From the NCBI GenBank assembly GCA_026770705.1, contig JANJGN010000210.1, forward strand, positions 806,001 through 870,000: 64,000 bases of DNA, written 5' to 3'. Origin of the DNA: Isurus oxyrinchus (Eukaryota). The position numbers and the translations under genes are program-made. A model generated the notes under the pieces. The model was not told the origin of the DNA. It saw nothing but the letters and a program-made list of their open reading frames with translations, and did not search any database. Every line of letters starts with the position of its first letter. Position 1 is the first letter of the stretch. Below are positions 24,746-34,228 of this stretch, piece by piece.

Positions 24746-25644
24746 GAAATGCCCTCAGTTGTATCAAACCACGACTGGAAAATGATTAAGAAATGAAACC
24801 AGACCACCCGGCATCGGCCCAGGTACCAGAAGCGACAAAGGCAAACTCAGCCCTGTCAACCCGATGAAGTCCTCCATACTAACATCTGCAGGCTGGTGCC
24901 AAGAATGAGAGAGCTGTCTCATAGAGGAGTTAAGCAACAGCCTGACATACTCATATTCACGAAACCATAGTTCTTGTGGAGACAAAGTCCTGTCTTTACA
25001 TTGAGGATACCCTCCATTATGTTGTCTGGTACTATAACCATAGATCTCAAACAAATCATGCAACCATGAGGTGCTGTGAGCCATCGGCAGCAGCAGAATT
25101 GTACTCAACCACAGTCTTCAATTTTGCCTTGAATCATCATCCCCTTGATCATTTACTCAGTCTTCCATCCTATCGCAGACCATTTGTTCTTTCCTCCTCT
25201 CCCCCTCTCTTTTACCTGACCCCATATTTGCTGGAAAAGTATTAAATCTTTCACTCTTTCCTGTTTGGATAAAGGGTCACCGATGTGAAACATTCACTCT
25301 GTTTACCTCTCCATAGATACTGTTTGACCTGCTGAGTGTTTCCAACATTTTCTGTTTTGAGGTCAATTTCTAGCATCTGCAGTATTTTTTGGGGGGCCAC
25401 TGTGTTTTCTCTCACTTATCGTTACCTGTTTAAAGGTGAAGAAGAGCTTTTAAAGAATGAGACAGCTGTAATTGTCTTGAAGGGTCATTCGGACTCGAAA
25501 CGTTAACTGTGCTCCTCTCCACAAATGCTGCCAGACCTGCTGAGTTTTTCCAGGTATTTCTGTTTTTGTTTTAGTAATTATCACCCTGTTCAACATGAAA
25601 CTAAACTAATTGTTAATTCCTCATCGGTAATAATTTTAAACACA

Positions 25645-25716
25645 AAGTTTTGGCCGGGATTGAACCGGGGACTCTCTCATGTAAAGTCAACGTGATAATC
25701 ACTGCACTGGGGAAAT
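25645..25716 (-). pseudogene. tRNA-Val-derived pseudogene (TAC at the anticodon position)
   Basis: Reverse complement ATTTCCCCAGTGCAGTGATTATCACGTTGACTTTACATGAGAGAGTCCCCGGTTCAATCCCGGCCAAAAC is colinear with vertebrate tRNA-Val. Confidence 0.65.
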
Positions 25717-25839
25717 GAGTGTGAATCCCCCCAGACAGAGGGGAACTGACCATCCATATCTAGCTCTAATTCCCAAACAGAAAATGCTGCCAAGAATCAG
25801 CAAGTCAGGCTCAGTCTGTGGCCGCTCTCAGCGTCTGAA

Positions 25840-26080
25840 ACCGTTACAATTGATGGTTGCTCCGGACCAATAGGAAAAGGGGGCAGGACTGGGGGACACG
25901 TGCACGCGAGAGGCTGGCCCTGCAACCAATGAGGAGGTGGGGCTGACTGAAGCATGTGCATTGCGGATAATGGGGCTCCACAATGGGTAAAGAGGGGGGA
26001 TGGCGGGGCGGAGGGACCGATGGACGAAGACACGTTGTGTAAACCCGCAGCTGTGTTCAACTCGGGCTAAAGGCCCCAAT
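25840..26080. promoter_or_regulatory. CpG-rich promoter module, inverted homologue of the 21.6 kb module
   Basis: Two CCAAT boxes and GGCGGGGCGG. The reverse complement AGTCCTGCCCCCTTTTCCTATTGGTCCGGAG matches AGTCCAGCCCCGTCTTCCTATTGGTCCTGAG at 21631. Confidence 0.5.
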
Positions 26081-27928
26081 ATTTTTTATTCATTCCTGGG
26101 ATGTGGGTGTCAGTGGCTGCAGCCAGCAGTTACTGGCCATTCCTAAGTGCCCTTGTTCAGAGGGCAGTTCAGGATCATCACATTACTGTGGGGTCTGGGG
26201 TCACAGATAGGCCAGACCAGGTAAGGATTTTTATAACTATCAACAATGGTTTCATGGTCATCTTTAGCCTTTTAATTCTGGATTTTTATTGAATTCAAAT
26301 TTCACCATCTGCTGTGGTGGGGATTGATCCCAGAGGCCACAGCATTACTCTGGGTCTCTTGAATATGAGTACGTCACAATGCCACTATGCCACCACAATG
26401 GGCACATGTAGGGGGCAATGTTTTAATGACTGGGAGGAGCTTGTTACCCATTGTTCAAAATGATGACAACTTGTCCATCAAGCTGTATTAACCTTTGAGC
26501 TGATCAATAATGTCTTATTGATGAGGCAAAGCAGCAGCAGAGAAGGCAAGAAAAGGAAGAAAATCCTGCTCTCCTGATCTCACTACCTCATAGACGACCT
26601 GCCCCATGTGTCCAAAGATCTGTGTGTCTGTTCAGTCACATGAAGACCAATGGCAAAAACTCACAACCCTGAGTAGACATCACCCTCTAATCGAGGGACT
26701 GCTGACGACAATGAGGGACAATGTGCAGAGGACGCATGTGAGGTCAATCTGGACCAGGAAGGAGGAGGAGAGAATGTTGTGAATTTCTATGCTGGGATGG
26801 ATTTTGGAAACTCCTTTTACAGGGGGTTAGAAGGGGAGGATTTATGCACAGCAAACTCAAAGCAAGAAAATATTTGTCTCCTCTGAATTTCCATCCTGGA
26901 CTGATAGTGATTGTTTCTATAAACTCATGGGGTACTGGAAGCAGAGGTCTTTTTTAAGGAGTATCTTAAAGGAGGAAAGGAAGATAGAGAGGCAGACAGG
27001 ATTAGTAATGAAATCTCAGATTTTATGGCCTTGGCAGCTACAGGTACCAAATGTGGAGCAAATGAAATCAGGAATTGTCAGGAAGTCAGAAGTGGAGGAG
27101 TGCAGATATCTCAGAGGTAACAAAGGAATGGATGATGGTTTCAGCAGCAAATGGGCTGAGACTTGGGTGGAGTCTGGTGATGTTACTAGTCTTCATGATG
27201 ATGCAGGTATGTGGTTGGAGCTTGTCTTGGGGTCAAATATGACACCAATGTTTTGAAGGATCTCCTTCAGCCTCAGGCAGTTGACAGAGAGGGGGCTGGA
27301 GTCAGTGCCTAGGGAATGAAGTTTGTAGTGGGGACTGAGGACAATGTCTTCAGCCTTCTCAATATTTAAATGGAGGAAAATTCTCCTCATCCACTGCTGG
27401 GTGTTGGGCAGGTCAGGATGGTGTGTGACTTGGAGGGGAACCTGGAGGTGATGGTGTTCACATACACCCGCTACCCTGGTCCTTCTAGGTGGTGGAGATT
27501 GAGGATTCATGAGATTCTGTTAAAGTTCTGGTCGATTTGCACAAAATTAAATAATATTCCTCTCCTCTGATTCTGCTCCCAGCTTCTTTCACTCTTCTCC
27601 CCCCATATTCCAGAGTCTTGTGTAGGACGAGACTGGGTGGCATGTTTCCTGAAGCATATTAGTGAACCAGCTGGGGTTTTACGACAATCCAGCAGTTTTC
27701 ATGGTCATATTTTCCTAGTGTCAGCCCCACAAATCGCCAGATTCATTCAGCTCAATTTCACAATCTGCCTTTGTGTTTTTGTGGGGTCTCTTTTTTCTGT
27801 TTTAAATTATTTTGATAGGTTTTTAGAAGGGGAGGTTTTCGAATCCGGAAACTCAAACCAAGCATCACATCAGGATCTGACAGAGTCATCCAATTTATCA
27901 TAATCTTAAACATCATCAGATTTTGAAC

Positions 27929-28713
27929 ATGGAAGGAGAAAGCACCATTCACAGCAGAGAGAAACCGCACACGTGCCCTGTGTGTGGACGAGGCTTCAGC
28001 CGATCATATGGCCTGTCGAAACACAAGTGCAGTCATGCAGGGGAGAAACCATGGAAATGTGGAGACTGTGGGAAGGGATTCAGATCCTTTTCTGAGTTGG
28101 ATACTCATTAACGCACTCACACTGGGGAGAAGCCGTTCATCTGCTCCATATGTGGGAAGGGATTCATTTGGTCAGCAAACCTGCTGACACACCAGCATGT
28201 TCACACTGGGGAGAGACCGTTCACCTGCTCCGAGTGTGGGAAGGGATTCACTCATTTATCGTCCCTGCTGAGACACCAGCGAGTTCACACTGGAGAGAGG
28301 CCATTCACATGCTCTGCGTGTGGGAAAGGATTCACTGATGCATCCAACCTGTTGAGACACCAGCAAGTTCATACTGACAAGAGACTTTTTAAATGCCCAG
28401 ACTGTGGGAAGTGCTTTAAAAGTTCTGGGGTCTGATGTCGCATCAGCATGTTCACACTGATGAGAGACCTTTTAATTGTCCAGAATGTGGGAAATGCTAT
28501 AAAAGGTTCTGGGAACTAATGTTCCATCAACGTGTTCACACTGACAAGAGACCGTTCAGGTGCTCTCACTGTGGGACTGGGTTCAGGAGATCACCTGAAC
28601 TCACTGTACACCAGCGAGTTCACACTGGGGAGAGACTGTTCACCTGCCCCGAGTGTGGGAAGAGATTCACACGGTCATCCATCCTGATGAGACACCAGCA
28701 AGTTCACAACTAA
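27929..28713 (+). pseudogene. C2H2 zinc-finger pseudogene, 9 fingers
   Basis: [23 protein letters not shown]... with TGEKP/TGERP linkers; in-frame TAA at 28109-28111 and a frameshift near 28430. Confidence 0.92.
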
Positions 28714-28715
28714 CT

Positions 28716-28852
28716 CTTTCGAGTACAAACACGTTTCCATCTGTTTCAGATGAAGTTACATTGTTTCATAGTTTGTCATTGTGAGATTTGAACTCTTGAT
28801 CTTGGGGTTACAAACCCAGTACCATAACCACTTGGCTATTTAGGCCAAACCC
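28716..28852 (-). mobile_element. Short tRNA-derived SINE with 11-bp target-site duplication
   Basis: Reverse complement GGCCTAAATAGCCAAGTGG...GAGTTCAAATC (A and B boxes); flanked by CACAACTAACT (28705-28715) and CACAAGTAACT (28853-28863). Confidence 0.7.
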
Positions 28853-29039
28853 CACAAGTAACTACAGTGATTGGATTTCGCTGTTAATCACATTCAGGAC
28901 TGAACCATGTTCTTTGGGGTCTATTTCTGCTGAATGTTAATCAACTCCAAACCAGTTGTAGTTGTTAGTATTGTTGAAATTTAAAAAAGATTAGTTTTGT
29001 GTAAAGTACACAGTGAGGCGAATCTTTTTAATCTCTCTA

Positions 29040-30160
29040 ACTCACGAAGTTCCTTTTGAAGGGCTCTCCCTCTCCTCTGTCTTCTCCATACTCACCCCCA
29101 ACAAGTGTGAGGAGCTCATGGAGCTTCTTTGTCACTAAGATTGAGACAATCCCATCTGTTGACTCTACTGCTTCCCTCTCATCCACTGGCCAATCGGGCA
29201 AAACTATCTTTAAAGCTCCTCCTTGTCCGAGCCCTGAACTTACATCTTTCCCCAGTTTCTCTTCTATCTCTCCCTCATTCCCTTCAGTGCTCATCTTATC
29301 CATGAGACCCACCTTCTGCTCCACTGACTCTAGTCCCACTAAGCTGCTGACCATTCAACTCTCGCTCTCTCCTGGTACTATCCCTCTATCTTTAATCCAC
29401 CATCATCACCCATTCTATAAAAAAAAAATCTTTAACCCCATCTCCAACTCCCTTTCCTCTCCAATGTCCTTGTACTTGGTGTCCCCCAAGGATCTATCCT
29501 TGGACCCTCCTGTTTCTCATCTACCCACTGCCACTAGGTGACACCATCCAAAAGCACCACATAAGGTTTCAAATGTACACTGACAACTCTACCTCACCAC
29601 CATCCCTCTCCATTCCTCCAATTACTAAATTATCAAACTACTTATCCGACATCCAGTACTGAAATAAGCAGAAATTTCCTCCAATTAACAATTTGGAAGT
29701 CTTCAGTCACCATAATAAATTCTGTTCCCTAACTACCAAGTCCATCCCTCTCCCTGGGAACTGTCTGAGGCTGAACCACACTCTTCATAATCTTGGTGTC
29801 ATATTTCACCCCAAGATGAGTTTCTGACCACATACCCGCACCATCACGAATACCAGATATTTCAATCTCCATAACGTCACCTGTCTCCCCCCGCACCCCA
29901 GCTCATGTGCTACTGAAACCCTCATCCATGCCCATGTTACCTTTAGACTTGACAATTCCAATTGACCAACCTCAATACATTCACCCCACCCCCACATGGA
30001 ACCGTGAGATCATCCAAAACTCTGCTGCCTGTGTGCTTTCTCACATCAAGTCCTGTTCATCCATCACCCCTGTGCTCACTGACCTACATCGGCTCCTGGT
30101 CAAACAATGCCTCGATTTTAAAATTCACATTCTTGATTTCAAATCCCTCCATGGCCGTCT
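29040..30160 (+). mobile_element. L2-type LINE fragments
   Basis: FFVTKIETI, GVPQGSILGP-type nucleotide motif and IQNSAACVL...ITPVLTDLHRLLVKQ. Confidence 0.7.
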
Positions 30161-30274
30161 ATCATCTGAATTATATCTACATCAATATAACACTGTCTGT
30201 GAACTATTGCTGTCAGTTCAGTTCAATTGAAGTAATACTCTCTGATTTCCTCTTCCTTTGACCGTGTGTTCCAG

Positions 30275-30585
30275 ATCTGAGCGATGGAGATTCTGTTACT
30301 CAGCGCGAATCCTCGCTCACACAGGCAGAGCGAGAAGATGTCGCTTTAACCTGCATCTTTACTGGCGATGGTTATTACTTATCCTGGTGCTGTCAATACC
30401 CAGACAGACAGCCCGAGTTTGCACTCCAGAGACACATGGGCGGTGATTCTGAATTTAAGGCGGATTTTGCTTAGAGCCGGTTTTCTGATACATTCCAGCA
30501 GACAGACAGATTGTACCGATTGACCTTCTCGGAGCTGCGGCTGTCTGACACCGCAGTATATTACTGTGCACTGAGTCTCATAGCG
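30275..30585 (+). pseudogene. TCR V alpha/delta pseudogene (V exon and degenerate heptamer)
   Basis: ttccag|(D)LSDGDSVTQRESSLTQAEREDVALTCIFTGDGYYLSWCCQYPDRQPEFALQRH...ADFA*SRFS...LTFSELRLSDTAVYYCALS. TAG at 30472; heptamer CATAGCG at 30579-30585; no nonamer or leader found. Confidence 0.9.
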
Positions 30586-31062
30586 ATTGTTCCTCGTTCA
30601 ATAACTGCTGCAGCTTTCTGGGTTACAGCTTCTCTCTGTTGAGGGCTGTTTACCACAGCGGGTCAGACACTGTCACGTGAATCCATTCCTACTAGCAATA
30701 AAACAAGCACAAGAACAAGTACAACAAAAACTGCATCTGAAATCGGTCCCTTTGATTGCTGACCCTCTTCCCGATGATTGCATTAACGTTATGGGGGCTG
30801 AATTGGCTGCTCGCCATTCCCCATTTCCCAAAACTATCTCCAGACCCTTTCCTGGAACCGTTCTACTAGTTTAGCTTCAGAGGCAGTTCGTGGCAAACAG
30901 AAAAGGAATAATTGTTCTGAAACATCAGTCTGCAGTGGAAACAGCAGTACTCCAAGCTATAAGGGCGTAATAATTATATGAACCAGTAAATGTTCCTAAA
31001 TGTAAAAGAAATTTGGACATATTAAAACAGAGCATGTGTAATCTGAGCAGTTCCTGAAAGTG

Positions 31063-31078
31063 TGCTGCCATCTTGCGG
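31063..31078 (-). promoter_or_regulatory. CTCF-like site 1
   Basis: TGCTGCCATCTTGCGG, reverse complement CCGCAAGATGGCAGCA. Confidence 0.55.
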
Positions 31079-31503
31079 GAGAAATCAGAATTGTCCCCGT
31101 CATTGTTTCCTTCAGTTCAGAGAACTGTTGTTCAGGAATTATCTTCCGAAGACACTCAAAGGGCACAAATCCCTACGGCAATCCTCATAAGCGCCATCTA
31201 ATTACGTTCATGTTGAACAATGGCTCTCTCTTTGATGATTGCATGAACGGAATGAGGGCAGAATTGGCTGCTCCTTATTCCCATTAAGAAAACACACTCC
31301 CACCCGCTTTCCTGGTGCCAGTTCAGTTGGTTTCCCGCTTCTTCTGACATGGCTGCAATAATTGGTTGTTTCTACCGGCCTGCAGGGGAAGCAGAAGTCC
31401 GCCAGCTCGAGACGATTCGAATAATTTGATGAGCCTGTTTAAATGTCCCTCAGTGTTAAAGACTTTCGGACATATTGAAAAGAATTATCCGTTTCTGAGG
31501 TGT

Positions 31504-31519
31504 TGCTGCCACCTGGTGG
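31504..31519 (-). promoter_or_regulatory. CTCF-like site 2
   Basis: TGCTGCCACCTGGTGG, reverse complement CCACCAGGTGGCAGCA, matching the CTCF core consensus. Confidence 0.7.
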
Positions 31520-32423
31520 AAGCAATCAGAATGCCGCCGGCAATATTTTCTTCAATTCAGAGCGACTGCTTAGGAGTAATATTTCTAGGAGACTCAAAAG
31601 GTAAGTAAGATCGATTGTTGTAATTCTATATCGTGATATTACTATAGTTGCTGCACTAGGGTGTACCTCTTTTTATATCACATTACACTGAGTGGTCAGC
31701 ATTGATTGTTGCCTGAATATACAATGTGTGAAGGCGTAAGTTTGGTGAGTGAGGGTGTTCAGTGAAGATACAAATTAATTAATCAAAATAAATGTAATTC
31801 GCTCAATAAAGATGGCAGGAGAGGTGATGTGTCTCGGCTGCAGCATGTGTGAGCTACTGGCTTGCACTGCAATCCATGGCAACCACATAAGACCATAAGA
31901 CTTAGGAGCAGAAGTAGGCCATTCGGCCCATCGAGTCTAGGTCCGCCATTCAGTGAGATCATGGCTATTCTGATAATCCTCAACTCCACTTTCCTGTCTT
32001 TCCACTATCACCCATGATTCACTTACTTACTGTATTTCTCAACCTTGGATATATTTAACGACCTAGCCTCTTTGGTAAACAATTCCACAGATTGACGACC
32101 CTCTGAGAGAATAGATTCCTCCTCATCTCTATTTTAAGTGGGGGGCCCCATTACTCTGCGATTATGCCCACCCCCACCCCCACCCTCCCCCCTCCCCCCC
32201 CCCATCCCACGTCCTAGGAAACCCTGTGCCACTCTGCGTAACATCTGTCGCTTGTAAAATGCTAGAGTCAATTATTAAGGAAGTAGTAACAACCTAACTA
32301 GTGTCTTACAAATGTTCAACATGACCTCATTACTCTTTTCCACAATGCCCCTATTAATAAAGCCTAAGATACTATGCTTTATTAACTGCTCTCTCAACAT
32401 GCTGTGCCATCTTCAATAGCTTA

Positions 32424-32460
<37 letters not shown>

Positions 32461-33315
32461 GCAGGTTCCTTTGTGCCTGCATCTCCTTTAGAGTTTGTCC
32501 CTTTATTTTATACTATTTCTCCATATTCTTTCGGCCAAAATGAATTGCATCACACTTCTGTGGCATTGAACTTCTTCTGGCAAACCACCCATGTCTCTAT
32601 GTCCTTCTGAAGTTCAAATCTATCCCAAACAAAATTCACAAAGCTTCCAATCTTTGTATTATCTGCTAGTCTTGGAATCTATCTCAGAACAGCACAATCT
32701 AGTTTCTTACATCCAGGTCACCATAAGAAGACAAGTGTTATTCGTGGGAGCGTTGCTGAGCTGGAAGTCAGTGAATAGAAGCAGCTCGAGCTGCGCTGCA
32801 GCCAGTGTCCTCATTGTGGGAATAGTTCAGCTGCTAGAGACCGGGGTTGGGCATAAGAGTCCGGTACGTTCATTAGGGACTGTCTCGATGTCCTGGGCCC
32901 ACATCCCACATTTAACAAACACCACCCAATACGAACTCATGCACCGACCTCCCGGTTCATCACTGTGGGGTAAGGAGGGCGGCAGCACAACTGGCAGAAA
33001 GAAAAAACTCCCTACCCCCCAGCCCTGTACAACAGAGTATTGTGGGAGGGGATTTCACATCCGGATCACAATCCCAATGTAGAGTCAGAAAATTGCAGCC
33101 TCCTTTTATAAACCTGTCTCTTATTCACAAAACATTTAGCCAGCGACCCGAGAACGTGCGGCCCATCAATGATCTCAGCTAATCTGCCCTTTGTAAATCA
33201 ACTCGATCCCCTAAGGTGTTTCAGTCCAGCCCTGAAGTCCGGTCTCCCAGGGCAGTCCAGGGCTGCAGTCTCCAGCTCCCCGTCACATAAACCCCCAGCT
33301 CTAGGCAGCAGAGCG

Positions 33316-33358
33316 ATGGGAATCCTCCTTGTTTTCACCCTGTGTGTCTGTATACCCT
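33316..33358 (+). CDS. Leader exon of the NAR-TCR V
   Basis: MGILLVFTLCVCIP followed by T|gtgagt; phase 1, in frame with the V exon. Confidence 0.9.
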
Positions 33359-33506
33359 GTGAGTACCGATCAAACAAACCGACATTGTGTGGGTTTAATA
33401 TAAAGCTGCTTGAGTCCATCCCAATTACAGACAATGTCTGCGGGTTTAACCCCGCTCCGTGGTTCGGCTCTGATGGTCCATTACACTCTCTCTGTTTAAT
33501 TTCCAG

Positions 33507-33794
33507 GCTCTTTCAGTCAGTCAGTGACACAGACCCCAGCAGCGGTGACCAGGAAGGAGTGTCAGTCTCTCACCATCACCTGTGTTTATTATGGTTATTA
33601 TTATTTACAAAATGGACATTTCTTCAAACAAACCCAGACCGGGACAGAGTGGGAGCGGATCTCCAGCGGGGAGAGATTTGTTGTGTCGGTGAATAAAGCA
33701 GGAAAGACATTTTCACTGGAAATTCGGGACGTGAGAGTTGAAGACACCGCCAACTATTACTGTAAAGCTCAGTACAGATACAACATTGGTTAAT
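33507..33794 (+). CDS. NAR-TCR variable segment (IgNAR-like V)
   Basis: ttccag acceptor. SQSVTQTPAAVTRKECQSLTITCVYYGYYYLQNGHFFKQTQTGTEWERISSGERFVVSVNKAGKTFSLEIRDVRVEDTANYYCKAQYRYNIG*. Short V lacking the CDR2 region as in IgNAR, with an extra FR1 Cys and a YYCKA ending. Confidence 0.9.
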
Positions 33795-33822
33795 CACAGA
33801 GGAAAAGGCCTGAACAAATAGC
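33795..33822 (+). other. RSS of the NAR-TCR V, best read as 12-spacer
   Basis: CACAGAG + gaaaaggcctga (12) + ACAAATAGC (7/9 match to ACAAAAACC). A 23-spacer reading gives TGTACAATT. Confidence 0.65.
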
Positions 33823-34136
33823 TCTGTACAATTAAAATATATATTCTCCGGGCCCAGATAGTGAATTGTCGGGTTGATGTTATCATCGCTGGAATCTGAT
33901 TACGTTTTATTGTAATTTCCACCATTCCATTATCTTTCTTTGATATTTGTCTCGGTTTATATGAAGCGAACATCTCGTTCCCTGGACCAGTTACTCAGCG
34001 CTCAGGGCCTCACAAAGCACAGTGTCAGCCGGCAGACATTTTGAAACATTGAATATTGTTTATTTTTTTCAATCCGCTGAAAATATGGCAGTTTCTACTG
34101 TCTGGTGATGATTTCCCGCCAGGTTGAGTTGTCGGT

Positions 34137-34175
34137 GGTTCTTGTGCCGGGGAGACTGATAGCAGTGTTACTGTG
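34137..34175 (-). other. 23-spacer RSS 5' of the NAR-TCR J
   Basis: GGTTCTTGT + 23 nt + TACTGTG on the + strand. Confidence 0.9.
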
Positions 34176-34228
34176 GTGGAAATATGATTCTGTAGATGGA
34201 TCTGGTACGATGTTGACTGTCATAGCCG
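34176..34228 (+). CDS. NAR-TCR joining segment
   Basis: WKYDSVDGSGTMLTVIA + G|gtaagt; NAR-type DGxGT motif; phase-1 donor compatible with the supporting V acceptor. Confidence 0.9.

Noticed and set aside
32960-32975. CACTGTG followed by GGGTAAG as a possible D or J
   Set aside because: No nonamer upstream and no J motif.
33169-33696. 175-aa ORF over the NAR-TCR V
   Set aside because: Read-through of leader and intron into the wrong frame of the V exon; the spliced model explains the region.
33795-33836. 23-spacer reading of the NAR V RSS using ACAATTAAA
   Set aside because: That nonamer-like sequence lies 26 nt from the heptamer, outside tolerated spacing.
34018-34024. Perfect CACAGTG between NAR-TCR V and J as a D-segment RSS
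   Set aside because: No acceptable nonamer at 12 or 23 spacing on either side and no partner heptamer; at most a relic.
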